The notes under the pieces were generated by a model. The model saw nothing but the letters and a program-made list of their open reading frames with translations, was not told where the DNA came from and did no database searches. From assembly GCA_018304165.1 (NCBI GenBank), contig JAGVWS010000033.1, positions 60-64,059 on the forward strand: a DNA stretch of 64,000 nt. The letters are read 5' to 3'. The position numbers and the translations under genes were made by a program. Positions 1-10,000 of the stretch are shown here, one piece after another. Position 1 is the first letter of the stretch; each line of letters begins with the position of its first letter. The DNA is from Candidatus Pacearchaeota archaeon. GTDB taxonomy: Archaea > Nanobdellota > Nanobdellia > Pacearchaeales > GW2011-AR1.

Positions 1-872
1 CAAAGAAAACTATCCTTGAGCTCCAGACAAGGCTCATTCGTATGATAACAACAGGCAACCGCAATTTTAATAACCTCGCCGGCAGTTCGACATGCGCCCA
101 GGCCATTAAGCTCCAGCACGCCATTGAACTTATTGAAACCCAGACTTTAGAAACCGCTTTCCAATATTTAAAAGAACTCTTTGATCAGTCTGCAAAGAAG
201 AAGAGCAAGGCTGTCCAGAATCTTGTCAAACAAAAGGAGTTTAATGAAGCTTACATCTCCCTCACCGAATTAATCTCCAGAAAGGTTGAGCATCCTAAGC
301 TTTCAAGAGTGAAGGACGTTGTTAAAGAGGAGATTAATGACGTAAAGAAAAGAGCTATCATTTTTACCCAATATCGTGCTACAGCCTCCAGAATTTGCAA
401 GGAATTAAATTCCCTGCAAAATATCAATGCCAGAGTCTTTGTAGGACAGCTGAAGAAAGGAGATACAGGCCTTTCACAAAGAGAACAGAAAGAGCTCCTC
501 GATGAATTTCGAGCGGGAAAAATAAATTTGTTGGTCGCGACCTCGATCGGTGAAGAGGGTTTGGACTTGCCGGAGGTTTCCCTCGTGGTTTTCTATGAGC
601 CAATTCCCAGCGCCATCAGAAAAATACAGCGCGGCGGCCGTACAGCCCGCCTCAAGCCCGGGAAGATTATTACTTTAGTAACTCAAAAAACCCGCGATGA
701 AACTTATTACTGGGCTGCATTTCACAAGGAAAAAAGAATGCACAGCGCCATTGACAGCATCAATAAGGATTTCAGGATAAAAGAGCAGGTTATAAATAAA
801 GAGCAGAAGACCTTGGAAGAATTTAATAATAGTGATAGTGTGAAAAATAGCGATGACAAAGAAGAAAAATAA
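1..872 (+). CDS. Hef/FANCM-like SF2 helicase, C-terminal part (5' end outside window)
   Basis: Frame open from the window start; helicase motifs IIFTQYR, VFVGQ, LVATSIGEEGLD, FYEPIPSAIRKIQRGGRTAR. Confidence 0.9.
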   Translation, partial: KKTILELQTRLIRMITTGNRNFNNLAGSSTCAQAIKLQHAIELIETQTLETAFQYLKELFDQSAKKKSKAVQNLVKQKEFNEAYISLTELISRKVEHPKLSRVKDVVKEEINDVKKRAIIFTQYRATASRICKELNSLQNINARVFVGQLKKGDTGLSQREQKELLDEFRAGKINLLVATSIGEEGLDLPEVSLVVFYEPIPSAIRKIQRGGRTARLKPGKIITLVTQKTRDETYYWAAFHKEKRMHSAIDSINKDFRIKEQVINKEQKTLEEFNNSDSVKNSDDKEEK

Positions 873-994
873 TTAGCCGTAATCCTTCTAATAATCTAAG
901 TAGTCTGACTAATGGTTAGTCAAAGTTGAATGCATGAACAGTTAATTATCTTAATTTTCTTATCCGTTAATTATTTATATCTGCTTAATTTTTA

Positions 995-1729
995 TTGTTT
1001 ATTAAAAAAATGATCTTTGAAAACATATTCGGCAAGTTAAAGAGAAAAGCTAATATTAAAAGCAGAACATTAGAAATCGTTGCAGACTACCGCGAGAAGA
1101 ATTCTTTAGTCATTGCAGAGCTTGTAAGCAGCAATATTAGAGTTAAATTTGAAAACCTTCAGGTCGGCGACTTCTTAATAGGGGATGTAGCTATAGAAAG
1201 AAAAACTGTCCGCGATTTTCTGTCAAGCATGATTAATAAGCGTTTGATTATGCAATTAAAAAACCTCCGGAAATACAAGAGAAGGCTGCTCATTATTGAA
1301 GGAATAGATGATGAATACATCTATACAGAAAACGCCGAAGTAACTGGCATTAATGCTAATGCAGTCCGCGGCTTCTTATTGTCAATAATCTTTGAATATA
1401 ATGTTCCCATAGTTCTCTCAAAAGACTCTCAAGACACTGCTAAGTTTATCATCACCATCGCAAAGCGGAACAACAAGAACAAAACACCAATGAGCCTCCG
1501 GGCCTCAAGAAGCAGCCTTTCTGCATCAGAGCAGCTTGCTTATATTTTGGAAGGCTTTCCGGGAATCGGCCCGGTAACCTCAAGAAAACTTCTTAAAAAA
1601 TTCGGAACTTTAAGAGAAATTTTTGACACCAAAAGCAACGAAGAGCAGATAAAGAAAATTATTGGCAAGAAGTTTGATAAGTTTAAGGAATTAATCGAGA
1701 GCGATTATAGATTAGATAAGGCAAAATAA
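995..1729 (+). CDS. ERCC4/XPF-type structure-specific nuclease with HhH domain
   Basis: IVADYRE, GDF...ERKT..DF nuclease motif, LIIEG, C-terminal FPGIGP HhH; alternative ATG at 1010. Confidence 0.9.
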   Translation: MFIKKMIFENIFGKLKRKANIKSRTLEIVADYREKNSLVIAELVSSNIRVKFENLQVGDFLIGDVAIERKTVRDFLSSMINKRLIMQLKNLRKYKRRLLIIEGIDDEYIYTENAEVTGINANAVRGFLLSIIFEYNVPIVLSKDSQDTAKFIITIAKRNNKNKTPMSLRASRSSLSASEQLAYILEGFPGIGPVTSRKLLKKFGTLREIFDTKSNEEQIKKIIGKKFDKFKELIESDYRLDKAK

Positions 1730-1782
1730 ACCTACGGGCAATCCATCATTATCGTCAATACAACTCGCGCTACTTCAACTTA

Positions 1783-1930
1783 TAGCAACAGACTTAAATA
1801 TTTGACCATTTTGTCTGTTGCTGCATCAAGATTTAAAAAATCTTGAGTGTGCTCAAGATGCAAGCTCCAGCATCTTGACATATTCGAGAGAACAAAAAAC
1901 ATGGTAAAACATTTTGGTCTCTCGTTATAG
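1783..1930. repeat. Cluster of four short hairpins (REP/BIME-like mosaic)
   Basis: GCAACAGAC..GTCTGTTGC; TCAAGATTT..AAATCTTGA; TCAAGATGC..GCATCTTGA; CGAGAGA..TCTCTCG; three modules recur rearranged at 25517-25631. Confidence 0.8.
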
Positions 1931-1969
1931 TTTAGCTTAACACAGAGTTGCGGATTACAGTTATTTAGG

Positions 1970-2506
1970 TTAACTCAACTCAAACTCTTCTATAACTTCA
2001 TACTCCGGCCCTTTTTCCGTCAATACTGATTTGATTAAGCTGAACTTATTAACTTTAAACTCTTTTCCTAATTTTATTTTCTTTAGCTCTTCCATTAATT
2101 TTTTTGATGCTATGGGAGTTATGTGTTTTACTCTTGCTATTGTTATATGTGACATAAACCTCTCCTCTTTTTTGAACCCTTCTTTCTCCATCACTGCATC
2201 AATTTGCTTTTGCAGTTCTTCAGCTCCAGCCAGATGCAGCCACACTATTCTTGGCCTGCTCGGTGTGAACAGCCCCGCCCCTTCAAGAGAAGAATTAAAT
2301 GATTTAGATTTAATTTGTTTCAGCGCTTCTTTTATCTCTTCCAGCTTTCCCTCATCCACTTCACCCAAGAATTTCAATGTCAGGTGCAGATTTTCCAGTT
2401 CCGCATACTTTCCGTTAAATAAACCAGATTTTTCTAATTTTCTTTGTATTTCTTCTACTTGTTTTCTTATTTCTTCCGGCAGGAATATTCCTATAAATAA
2501 TCTCAT
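1970..2506 (-). CDS. thpR: RNA 2',3'-cyclic phosphodiesterase / 2'-5' RNA ligase (2H family)
   Basis: MRLFIGI start, two HxT motifs (HLTLKFLG, HITIAR). Confidence 0.92.
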   Translation of the reverse strand: MRLFIGIFLPEEIRKQVEEIQRKLEKSGLFNGKYAELENLHLTLKFLGEVDEGKLEEIKEALKQIKSKSFNSSLEGAGLFTPSRPRIVWLHLAGAEELQKQIDAVMEKEGFKKEERFMSHITIARVKHITPIASKKLMEELKKIKLGKEFKVNKFSLIKSVLTEKGPEYEVIEEFELS

Positions 2507-2550
2507 ATAATCTGTTTGTTTATCTTATTTTTAAAGATGAGTATTCCAGG

Positions 2551-2851
2551 GTATCTCCGATAATCATAAATCAACTATTAAATTTAAGGTCCGTAATTAA
2601 TGTAAATCTTATTCAGCCAGCTTGGTGCTTAACTTGTTGAACATCACGAGCCGCGTTGTGTACAATTAATTATAAACTAGTTATTTATAAAGACGATAAA
2701 TGCTGTTAATGATAGTTGTATTAAACATTAATGCTGTTAATGATAGTTGTATTAAACATTAATGCTGTTAATGATAGTTGTATTAAACATTAGTGTGGGT
2801 TTCTGCGGATCATTTAATTATTAATGGTGTTTTCAACAAAATTGATATGCT
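2551..2851. mobile_element. Degenerate copy of the GTATCTCCGAT-ended MITE-like family, expanded by an internal 3x31-bp tandem repeat
   Basis: Left end GTATCTCCGATA, decayed right end ATTGATATGCT; exact 23-mer CTTGTTGAACATCACGAGCCGCG (2633-2655) shared with 37678-37700. Confidence 0.5.
2699..2792. repeat. Tandem repeat 3 x 31 bp
   Basis: AATGCTGTTAATGATAGTTGTATTAAACATT at 2699, 2730, 2761. Confidence 0.95.
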
Positions 2852-2876
2852 CAATTACACTTCGCTATTTCAATTT

Positions 2877-3551
2877 TCATCCCGCTTCTACTTCAATCTC
2901 CATCTTCCATGTCCTTCCATCACCGCTTATTTTTTTGTTAATCACTTTCAGTTCTTTCCTGAACATTGGCTGCCATAGTACGAATGTTTCTGCCTCTCCT
3001 CCTTCAAATCCTAAATGAAAATTGTGCTTCCTGCTCAATCTTTTTAGTTCTTCATAATTTTCTTTGTTTATTTCCATCCCTAGCCATTCTCTTCCTAATC
3101 CTTCTGCCGACACTCTGACAATCATTACTTTAAATCCCAAGTCCAGAATTTCTCTCCAGTATTCTTCAGGATTCTTATGCCATAATGGATTGATGCACCT
3201 TATTTCCAACTCGTCGCATATTCCTTGTATTCTTGATGCCTGATAGACGCTATCCAATGCACCAGTTACTATCCCTTCTATTTTGTATTTATCAATGGCT
3301 CTTTTAATCGCTTTTTTCAAATCAACCAACTCTTCTTCTTTTATTCCCTTAGTCTTTATTTTTATTATCGGTAAGCCCATTGCCTCCGCCTGCTTTTCAG
3401 TCTTGCTTACTGATGCTGTTTGAAACATATAGCTCTCCTTATTTTCAGATATCATCGTTATTAAGCAGATTATTTCATGTCCTGCCTGCTTCGCTAAATA
3501 CATCGAATAATTGCTGTCCTTTCCTCCGGAATATAAAATACCGAGATTCAT
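2877..3551 (-). CDS. dph6: Diphthine--ammonia ligase (PP-loop ATPase)
   Basis: LYSGGKDS PP-loop, SYMFQ, PLW, EGGEAETFV. Confidence 0.88.
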   Translation of the reverse strand: MNLGILYSGGKDSNYSMYLAKQAGHEIICLITMISENKESYMFQTASVSKTEKQAEAMGLPIIKIKTKGIKEEELVDLKKAIKRAIDKYKIEGIVTGALDSVYQASRIQGICDELEIRCINPLWHKNPEEYWREILDLGFKVMIVRVSAEGLGREWLGMEINKENYEELKRLSRKHNFHLGFEGGEAETFVLWQPMFRKELKVINKKISGDGRTWKMEIEVEAG

Positions 3552-3553
3552 TT

Positions 3554-4081
3554 TTACTTACTCACCCACTCATTTCCTTTAATATAAAACCTGTAATGCC
3601 TCTCCAAATCCTTAGTTACTCCTATCCTCTTTGATGTTTCCACTTCAATTCTTTCATGCAGGGGTTTAGGAATTATTTTAATCTCACTAATATCCGATAA
3701 GTCTTTTCTGTGTAATTTCTTATTAATCTTTAGCACTTTAGTCAGCCTTCCAGGCCCTCTCGTATTTCCCTTGTAATTTATCGGCTCAACCGCTCTTATT
3801 AATACTGCCTGTGCTCTCCCTTTCCTTCCAGTAACAAAATTTAGCATCCACTGCTGATGAATGCCATAAATTAATATTGTTCCGGGCTTCATCTTCATAG
3901 TCTCTCTTAAATCTCCTCCCTTCACTGCCCTGCTTGCCGGGTCTTTCTCATCAAAATATGCTTCTGTCTCAACAATTCTTGATTTCATTATCTTTTTGCC
4001 AATTTTTCTAATTAAAACATCACCCAATAACGCTCTTGCTACAATATCAGCTTGCCGGCCAAAGTATTTCTCCATGTCCAT
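3554..4081 (-). CDS. mpg: 3-methyladenine DNA glycosylase (MPG/AAG family)
   Basis: ARALLG, RIVETEAY, AVLIRAVEP, GPGRLTK, RIGV motifs. Confidence 0.9.
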   Translation of the reverse strand: MDMEKYFGRQADIVARALLGDVLIRKIGKKIMKSRIVETEAYFDEKDPASRAVKGGDLRETMKMKPGTILIYGIHQQWMLNFVTGRKGRAQAVLIRAVEPINYKGNTRGPGRLTKVLKINKKLHRKDLSDISEIKIIPKPLHERIEVETSKRIGVTKDLERHYRFYIKGNEWVSK

Positions 4082-4132
4082 AATAACCCCCAGTAAAGTA
4101 TTATTTAAATATCATTCATTGTTTCATTATTC

Positions 4133-5044
4133 ATGGCATCCACAAACGCCGGCCCAGAATACGGAAAGGCCCAGAGTAATTACTTAGCAGCCAAAGATAT
4201 TGACGAGAAAATATTCTGGCTTCAGGAAATGATTAAGTTCTGTCCGCGGCACAAATCAAGCGAGAAAATGCTTGCAGAGCTTAAAACTAGGCTGATCAAG
4301 CTTCGCGATAAAAAGGAAAAATCCAGAAGCGTCGGCAAATCCACTGCTAAAGTTATTAGGAAAGAAGGCCCTCAAGCCGTTCTCGTTGGTTTCACTAATT
4401 CAGGGAAGTCCTCAATTCTTAACGTTCTTACTAATGCCCAATCTCCTGTTGCTGATTATGGTTTTACAACTATAGAACCTGTTATTGGTACGATGGATTA
4501 TGACGGCGTTAAAATACAGATTATTGACCTCCCTGCCGTCAACCATGAATCTTTTGACAAGAGCATTGCTAACAGCGCAGATCTGATTCTGATAGTCATT
4601 AACTCTTATGATGATCTGTCAAAGATTTCTCCTTATCTTGAGAGAACTATCGGCAGGAGGCTCATTGTATGGAATAAGTCTGACTTAATGGATTATGATG
4701 CTGCAAGAAAAACAGAAGCCAAGCTCATGATGCTCAGGCAGGATTTTATCAGGTTTTCTTGTGTTAATGCCTTAAATCTTAATGAATTGAAAAAGAAGAT
4801 TTTTGAGAAGTTTGATATAATGAGAATTTACACCAAAGAGCCTCACAAAGAAAGAAGTGAAACTCCCATAATCATGAAGCCAAACTCTGCTGTGGAGGAT
4901 TTGGCAGAAAAAATCTATCATGGCATGTCAAAAAACATTAAGGAAACACGCATCTGGGGCCCCAGCAGCAAGTTTTCGGGCCAGGGCGTAGGTCTGAAAC
5001 ATCAGCTTAAAGATTTGGATGTTGTTGAGTTTAGGACGAAATAG
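4133..5044 (+). CDS. DRG/OBG-family GTPase with C-terminal TGS domain
   Basis: GFTNSGKSS P-loop, YGFTT, IIDLP, WNKSD, C-terminal RIYTKEP...LKDLDVVEF. Confidence 0.85.
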   Translation: MASTNAGPEYGKAQSNYLAAKDIDEKIFWLQEMIKFCPRHKSSEKMLAELKTRLIKLRDKKEKSRSVGKSTAKVIRKEGPQAVLVGFTNSGKSSILNVLTNAQSPVADYGFTTIEPVIGTMDYDGVKIQIIDLPAVNHESFDKSIANSADLILIVINSYDDLSKISPYLERTIGRRLIVWNKSDLMDYDAARKTEAKLMMLRQDFIRFSCVNALNLNELKKKIFEKFDIMRIYTKEPHKERSETPIIMKPNSAVEDLAEKIYHGMSKNIKETRIWGPSSKFSGQGVGLKHQLKDLDVVEFRTK

Positions 5045-5046
5045 TT

Positions 5047-5298
5047 TTATTTCAGCCATCTTGTCAAGAATATTATTCCCACTACTCCCAATACTGTAAT
5101 TATTAACGCTGCCACAATATCAACTTCATAGCTTATCGTGCTGTTAACTATTTTTTCTGATAAAGCCTGGAAGAATCTCAGCAATGGCTGCTTCCATGCA
5201 TAAGCTATTAAAAACCCTATTGCTGCAGTTATCCCATACCTTAATTGCCTCTTAAATTCCTTCTTAAAAATCCCGCGCTTCCTCTTTCTCTTGGGCAT
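5047..5298 (-). CDS. Small two-TM membrane protein (DUF5654-like)
   Basis: ITAAIGFLIAYAW motif, two hydrophobic helices. Confidence 0.65.
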   Translation of the reverse strand: MPKRKRKRGIFKKEFKRQLRYGITAAIGFLIAYAWKQPLLRFFQALSEKIVNSTISYEVDIVAALIITVLGVVGIIFLTRWLK

Positions 5299-5373
5299 GA
5301 AAATGACAATATCTTCCTATTTATAAGTTTATAGAAGAGGATTTATCGTCAGAACGCATAGAAAGTATTATTT

Positions 5374-5670
5374 ATGGGTTGTTCTCTTACTACCATGCGC
5401 AAACTCACCAGTTTATACCTTATTCTGTCGCTTATAGGTATCTTAGCATTGCTTTTTATAAACAATTTTAACGCTCAGGAAATCAAAAGTATAATTATTA
5501 ATTATTCAATATCATCCATTTCAGTTATCAATTCTTCAAACAGCACTGTAATCATCTACTGCGATTCCTGCAACTTTGAGCCTTCTATAATTAATAATAA
5601 TGTCTCGGCGATTATAAGGGAATTTGACGGCTCTCTCTTTTTGGAGAAGCTGGAGGTGTTAGATGATTGA
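5374..5670 (+). CDS. Hypothetical membrane-anchored protein (start may be 5395)
   Basis: N-terminal TM segment, co-oriented with the downstream gene. Confidence 0.55.
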   Translation: MGCSLTTMRKLTSLYLILSLIGILALLFINNFNAQEIKSIIINYSISSISVINSSNSTVIIYCDSCNFEPSIINNNVSAIIREFDGSLFLEKLEVLDD

Positions 5671-5775
5671 GCTATTACTGGCTTTAGTTATAGGCATTAT
5701 ACTGGAGATATCAGATGATTGGGCTATTACTGGCTTTAGTTATAGGCATTATACTGGAGGTATTGGATGATTGAA
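5650..5775 (+). repeat. Tandem duplication of RBS plus gene start, 52-bp period
   Basis: CTGGAG..GATGATTG at 5650, 5702, 5754; first two copies encode MIELLLALVIGII-like dead-end starts. Confidence 0.9.
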
Positions 5776-6969
5776 TTGTTTTTAGCTTTCTTTGTTGGCA
5801 TTATTATCGGAATTATTACGGGACTTATTCCGGGATTGCATATTAATCTTGTTGGAAGCATAATTCTTTCTTATCCCGTTCTTTCTTTTGCTGACGGATT
5901 GAGCATTGCGGTCTTTGTTTCCTCCCTTTCCATAACTCACACCTTTCTTGATTTGATTCCCGGAGTTTTTCTCGGCACTCCTAACGACGATAGTGGCTTA
6001 TCCGTTCTTCCGGGCCATCGCCTATTGCTCGTGGGAAGGGGCTTTGATGCTATTGTTCACGCCATGAGGGGCGGGCTTATAGGACTCATAGCATTAGTAC
6101 TACTGCTTCCGGTCATCATCTTAGTCATGCCAAAAATTTATAATTACCTGTTAAATGTCGTCTGGATAATCCTTATTCTCGCTTCTCTATATCTTATTCT
6201 TTCCCAAAGCTCTAAAGTCCTTGCCCTCTTCATATTCCTGCTCTCAGGTTTCCTTGGAGCAGGCACACTCGGTTTGTCTGTTAATCAATCTCTTCTCCCG
6301 CTTCTTTCAGGATTATTCGGGGCTTCCACTATTATCGGCAGCTTGTTGGACAGGAGCGCTATTCCAAAGCAGATTGCCAGCCATATCAATGCGTGGAAAC
6401 TGGGTTTTAAAGAATCTCTTTCCACTTTTAAAACAATTATTATTTCCTCTCCAATTCCTGCCTTCATGCCCGGAATGGGCTCCAGCCAGGCAGTGATTAT
6501 CGGCTCTTCAATGATTGACGATCATAAAAATCCTAAGGGCTTCCTCTCTTTGATTGGAGGAACTAATGTTCTTGTCATGGGCCTTTCTTTCCTTGCCGTC
6601 TTCCTCATTGGCAAGGCCAGGACTGGTTCAGCAGCGGTTATTCTTGAGGTTTTAAAAAACATCACAGCTTATCAATTAACAATTGTGCTCATCAGTGTAA
6701 TAATTGCAGGCATTATCTCCTTCGCTATAGGGATTTTCATTGCCAAGAGGCTCTCCAAGATTATCGGCAGCATTAATTACTCTTACTTATCAATTGCTAT
6801 ACTGCTAATAATTACTGCATTTGTAATTATTTTTTCAGGATTTGTGGGATTATTAGTTTTCATAACTTCCGCCTGTCTTGGTTTATTATGCATGTCTCTA
6901 GATATCAGAAGAACAACCCTCATGGGCGCTTTAATACTTCCGACGATTTGGCTGTACTGGCCGTTTTAA
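5767..6969 (+). CDS. TctA-like tripartite tricarboxylate transporter family membrane protein
   Basis: GIITGLIPGLHIN, THTFLDLIPGVFLG, SVLPGH, LLSGLFG, ARTG; many TM helices. Confidence 0.8.
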   Translation: MIELFLAFFVGIIIGIITGLIPGLHINLVGSIILSYPVLSFADGLSIAVFVSSLSITHTFLDLIPGVFLGTPNDDSGLSVLPGHRLLLVGRGFDAIVHAMRGGLIGLIALVLLLPVIILVMPKIYNYLLNVVWIILILASLYLILSQSSKVLALFIFLLSGFLGAGTLGLSVNQSLLPLLSGLFGASTIIGSLLDRSAIPKQIASHINAWKLGFKESLSTFKTIIISSPIPAFMPGMGSSQAVIIGSSMIDDHKNPKGFLSLIGGTNVLVMGLSFLAVFLIGKARTGSAAVILEVLKNITAYQLTIVLISVIIAGIISFAIGIFIAKRLSKIIGSINYSYLSIAILLIITAFVIIFSGFVGLLVFITSACLGLLCMSLDIRRTTLMGALILPTIWLYWPF

Positions 6970-7031
6970 ATGTCTCTTAAAACACCCGTAGATGCAACAA
7001 TGCACTACCGAAGAAGTGGTTCTTCATGAAA

Positions 7032-10000
7032 TCAGAACCATTTCTTTAACTCAACCTGCTTATCCTTTTCTTTCCCAAATATGCTCTCAATATAACTCTT
7101 GGCCAAAAAAAGGCTCTGCCTGATATAGGGAGAAACATTGTACTTTGTCGCCAATTCAAGAGCCGGCTCAAGGTATTTTACAATGCTTCCATGAGAAACA
7201 GTAAATATGATCCTCCCCCCGCATTTCAGGCACTTTCCAACCAGGGGCGGCCTCCTGTAAATCTCGTTGCATCCAACGCACCTAAATGTCTGCTGTGAAA
7301 ACTTTCTTAAATTTCCCCTTATGTCTCTTATAAAGTGCCTTTCAATTATCAACCTTGCAACGTCTGATTCATCAACAGCCCTTATTTTCTTGTCTAATTC
7401 CATTTGCTTGTTTACTTTATCACGCATCGTCGGAAGGAATTTATAGGAAGAATTCAAAAGGCCCTTGTTGATATCGTCTGTTTCATGAGTATATCCTATA
7501 TTTGAAAATGCATCTTCTCCTTTTTTTAGGACATCCCTGATAGTCTTCACCTGCACTTCCGAAGAGTGTGCGCCCTTCTCTGAAAGTTCATATAACTGCA
7601 GGGGATATTCCATACCTACTTCAAAATCAAGAATCTGCTCATCAACTTCTCCTGCTCTCAGCCTGGAATTAAGGACAAGAGGCGCATCCTGCGTCCCTCC
7701 GCGATGCGCCGGAAGAAATTCTCTTGAGAAATTCAAAAGGACGTCAAGAAGCAGCATGACCGCGGCTTCATCGCCGTCGCATTGGCGTGTAAGAATTCCA
7801 TTAGCTAACACTACATGATTCTCTACATTTAAACAATAAGTTATTTGTTCCTTTTCGGCAGAAATTTCAATTATTGGATCATAAATAAAATTAGTATCTT
7901 GTTTAAGCCCCATATCCTTGCCGCCTTTTTTGTTTATATCATTGATTGCTATATCATTTATTTTAGAAAAGCTTTCCAAGAAATTAACTCTACAATTATT
8001 CCTATTAAAGAGGGGTCTTAGTCTTGGTAAAATTAAAAGATCTCCGATTTTCAGACCAGATGCAAATGCTGTTTTAATTGTATTCTCTTTAACTAAAAAT
8101 TTATGATTTTCTGTGGTAGTAATCTCTTTTCCTGTTGCAGTTTTTATTTTAATTGTTCTACTGGGAGAATGTTTAGTAAAGTTGTTAATACTAACTATTG
8201 ATAGATTATTTTCATTATCAAATCCAACAGTTTTATAATTTTCTACTTTTATCTCTTTAGTCCCATAATTATCAACAATATTTATTGGATTTAATTTTTC
8301 AACTAATTCTCCGATTTTTATATTATTCCATTGTTGACCATTATAAATTGGAAGCTTGGTATTATAATCAAAACAGTCCCTCCTCATAGCCGCATGTATA
8401 AACGGAGACGCAAGCAATCCCTGAGTCTTGCTGAATCCAATTATTCTTCCCAAAACCCCTGCGCAGTTGTGTGGAGACATGCAGGCGACCAGCTGCCCGA
8501 CAAGCTGGTCCTTCCTTTCAATATTATAAAAGGGCTTTGCTCCATACATTTTAACAAGAAGTTCGTCAATAAATCCGGCTATGTTCAGGAATACCTCTTC
8601 GGACTTCTCATCTTTTGACTCCGGACACGATGGAAGGATTATATCATGCGGTTTTATCTCCAGAATTTGCTCATCACTTGTTAATTCCTTGCCGCAAATA
8701 TCCTTTTCATAACCCATCTCCTTAAGCCTCTTGCTGCTCACTCCAATCTCTTTCGGCTTGAAGTGGGTTACTGGAAGCTCGGTAGCATCATACCTCACAG
8801 TTCCATCTTTATTCACACTAAGATTGTGCTTTGCTCTCAATATTCCTTTAGCCAGATTTTCCATAGAGTGGTTCTTATTGCTCGTTCCCCTGACTCCTTT
8901 TATTAAATGGGGGATATCCTTGCCAGACATTCCTAATTTTTTTGCTGCAGCTGCAAGATAGTTCGTGCTGTCAATTCTCCTGTTCAAATAAGAAGTAATA
9001 TTATTATGCCCTTCCTTGCCGCACTTCTTGGAGTAAATAATCTCCCTGCAGTCGCGGCAGTAATGCCTCTGCTCCGTATTTTTATCACAGCCCTCGCATC
9101 TTGCATAAATAGTATCCCTCCTGCAATTATTGCAGTAGTAAATTGGAAAATCCCCTTTTATAGTTCCTTTCTCGCTGGCCTCATTCACGCTTCTGAACCT
9201 TCCCCCCTCCTCTCCGACAGGAAAGAGAACGCTTGGGCTTCCAACCAGCTTCCTGAGCTTTGCCTTCTCTGGCCTCCCCATCCTGGCCCCTATAAAAGTC
9301 CCTGCCCTGTCTTTTATTGGCACAAATGCCAGTTTGTTAATTATATCCAAAACCTGCATGGAAGGATTTACTTTCAGCTTGAGATGTGCTATATCCTCTT
9401 TAAGAGAATATTGGTTATTTTCAAGAATATCCTGTAAAATTCCGAGATTATAAAGCAATGCCTTGCTCTCCTCTTCCTTAAGCACAACATTCTCCGTGGC
9501 AACTTCATGTGGCACGCCAAGCAATTCCAGCGCCCTCTTGCCTTCGGCAAACTGCTGTTTCTGCGGAAGGGAATAAGGAAGTATGATCTTCTTTTCTATA
9601 TAACTGTTTTCAAGCCAATAAAGCAAAGAGCAAAATAAACTGTAATCAATCTGCGTCCAATAATAAATATACTTTGGATGAAGCGGGATATTATACTCTT
9701 CACTCATCTTTGCCGCTTCATCAAAAGACACTTTGGAGGAGTCTATGTTCAGGGCAGGAACAGCTTTCTTTGCTTCAAGAGCCCACCATTCTTCGACATA
9801 CCCCTGCTTTAGAAGAGGCTGATTTCTATTCAATACATCTCCAAAAGAAAAGAGAATGTCTCCAAGATAAATAATCTCTTCAACATCCTTATAGCAGTTC
9901 TTTGCCTCTTCAATATTATTCACTCTCCTTACACTACCATTATACAATTTAACAATGGGCCCCTCAATGCTGTCGCAAACAGTAACAGCACATCCTTTAA

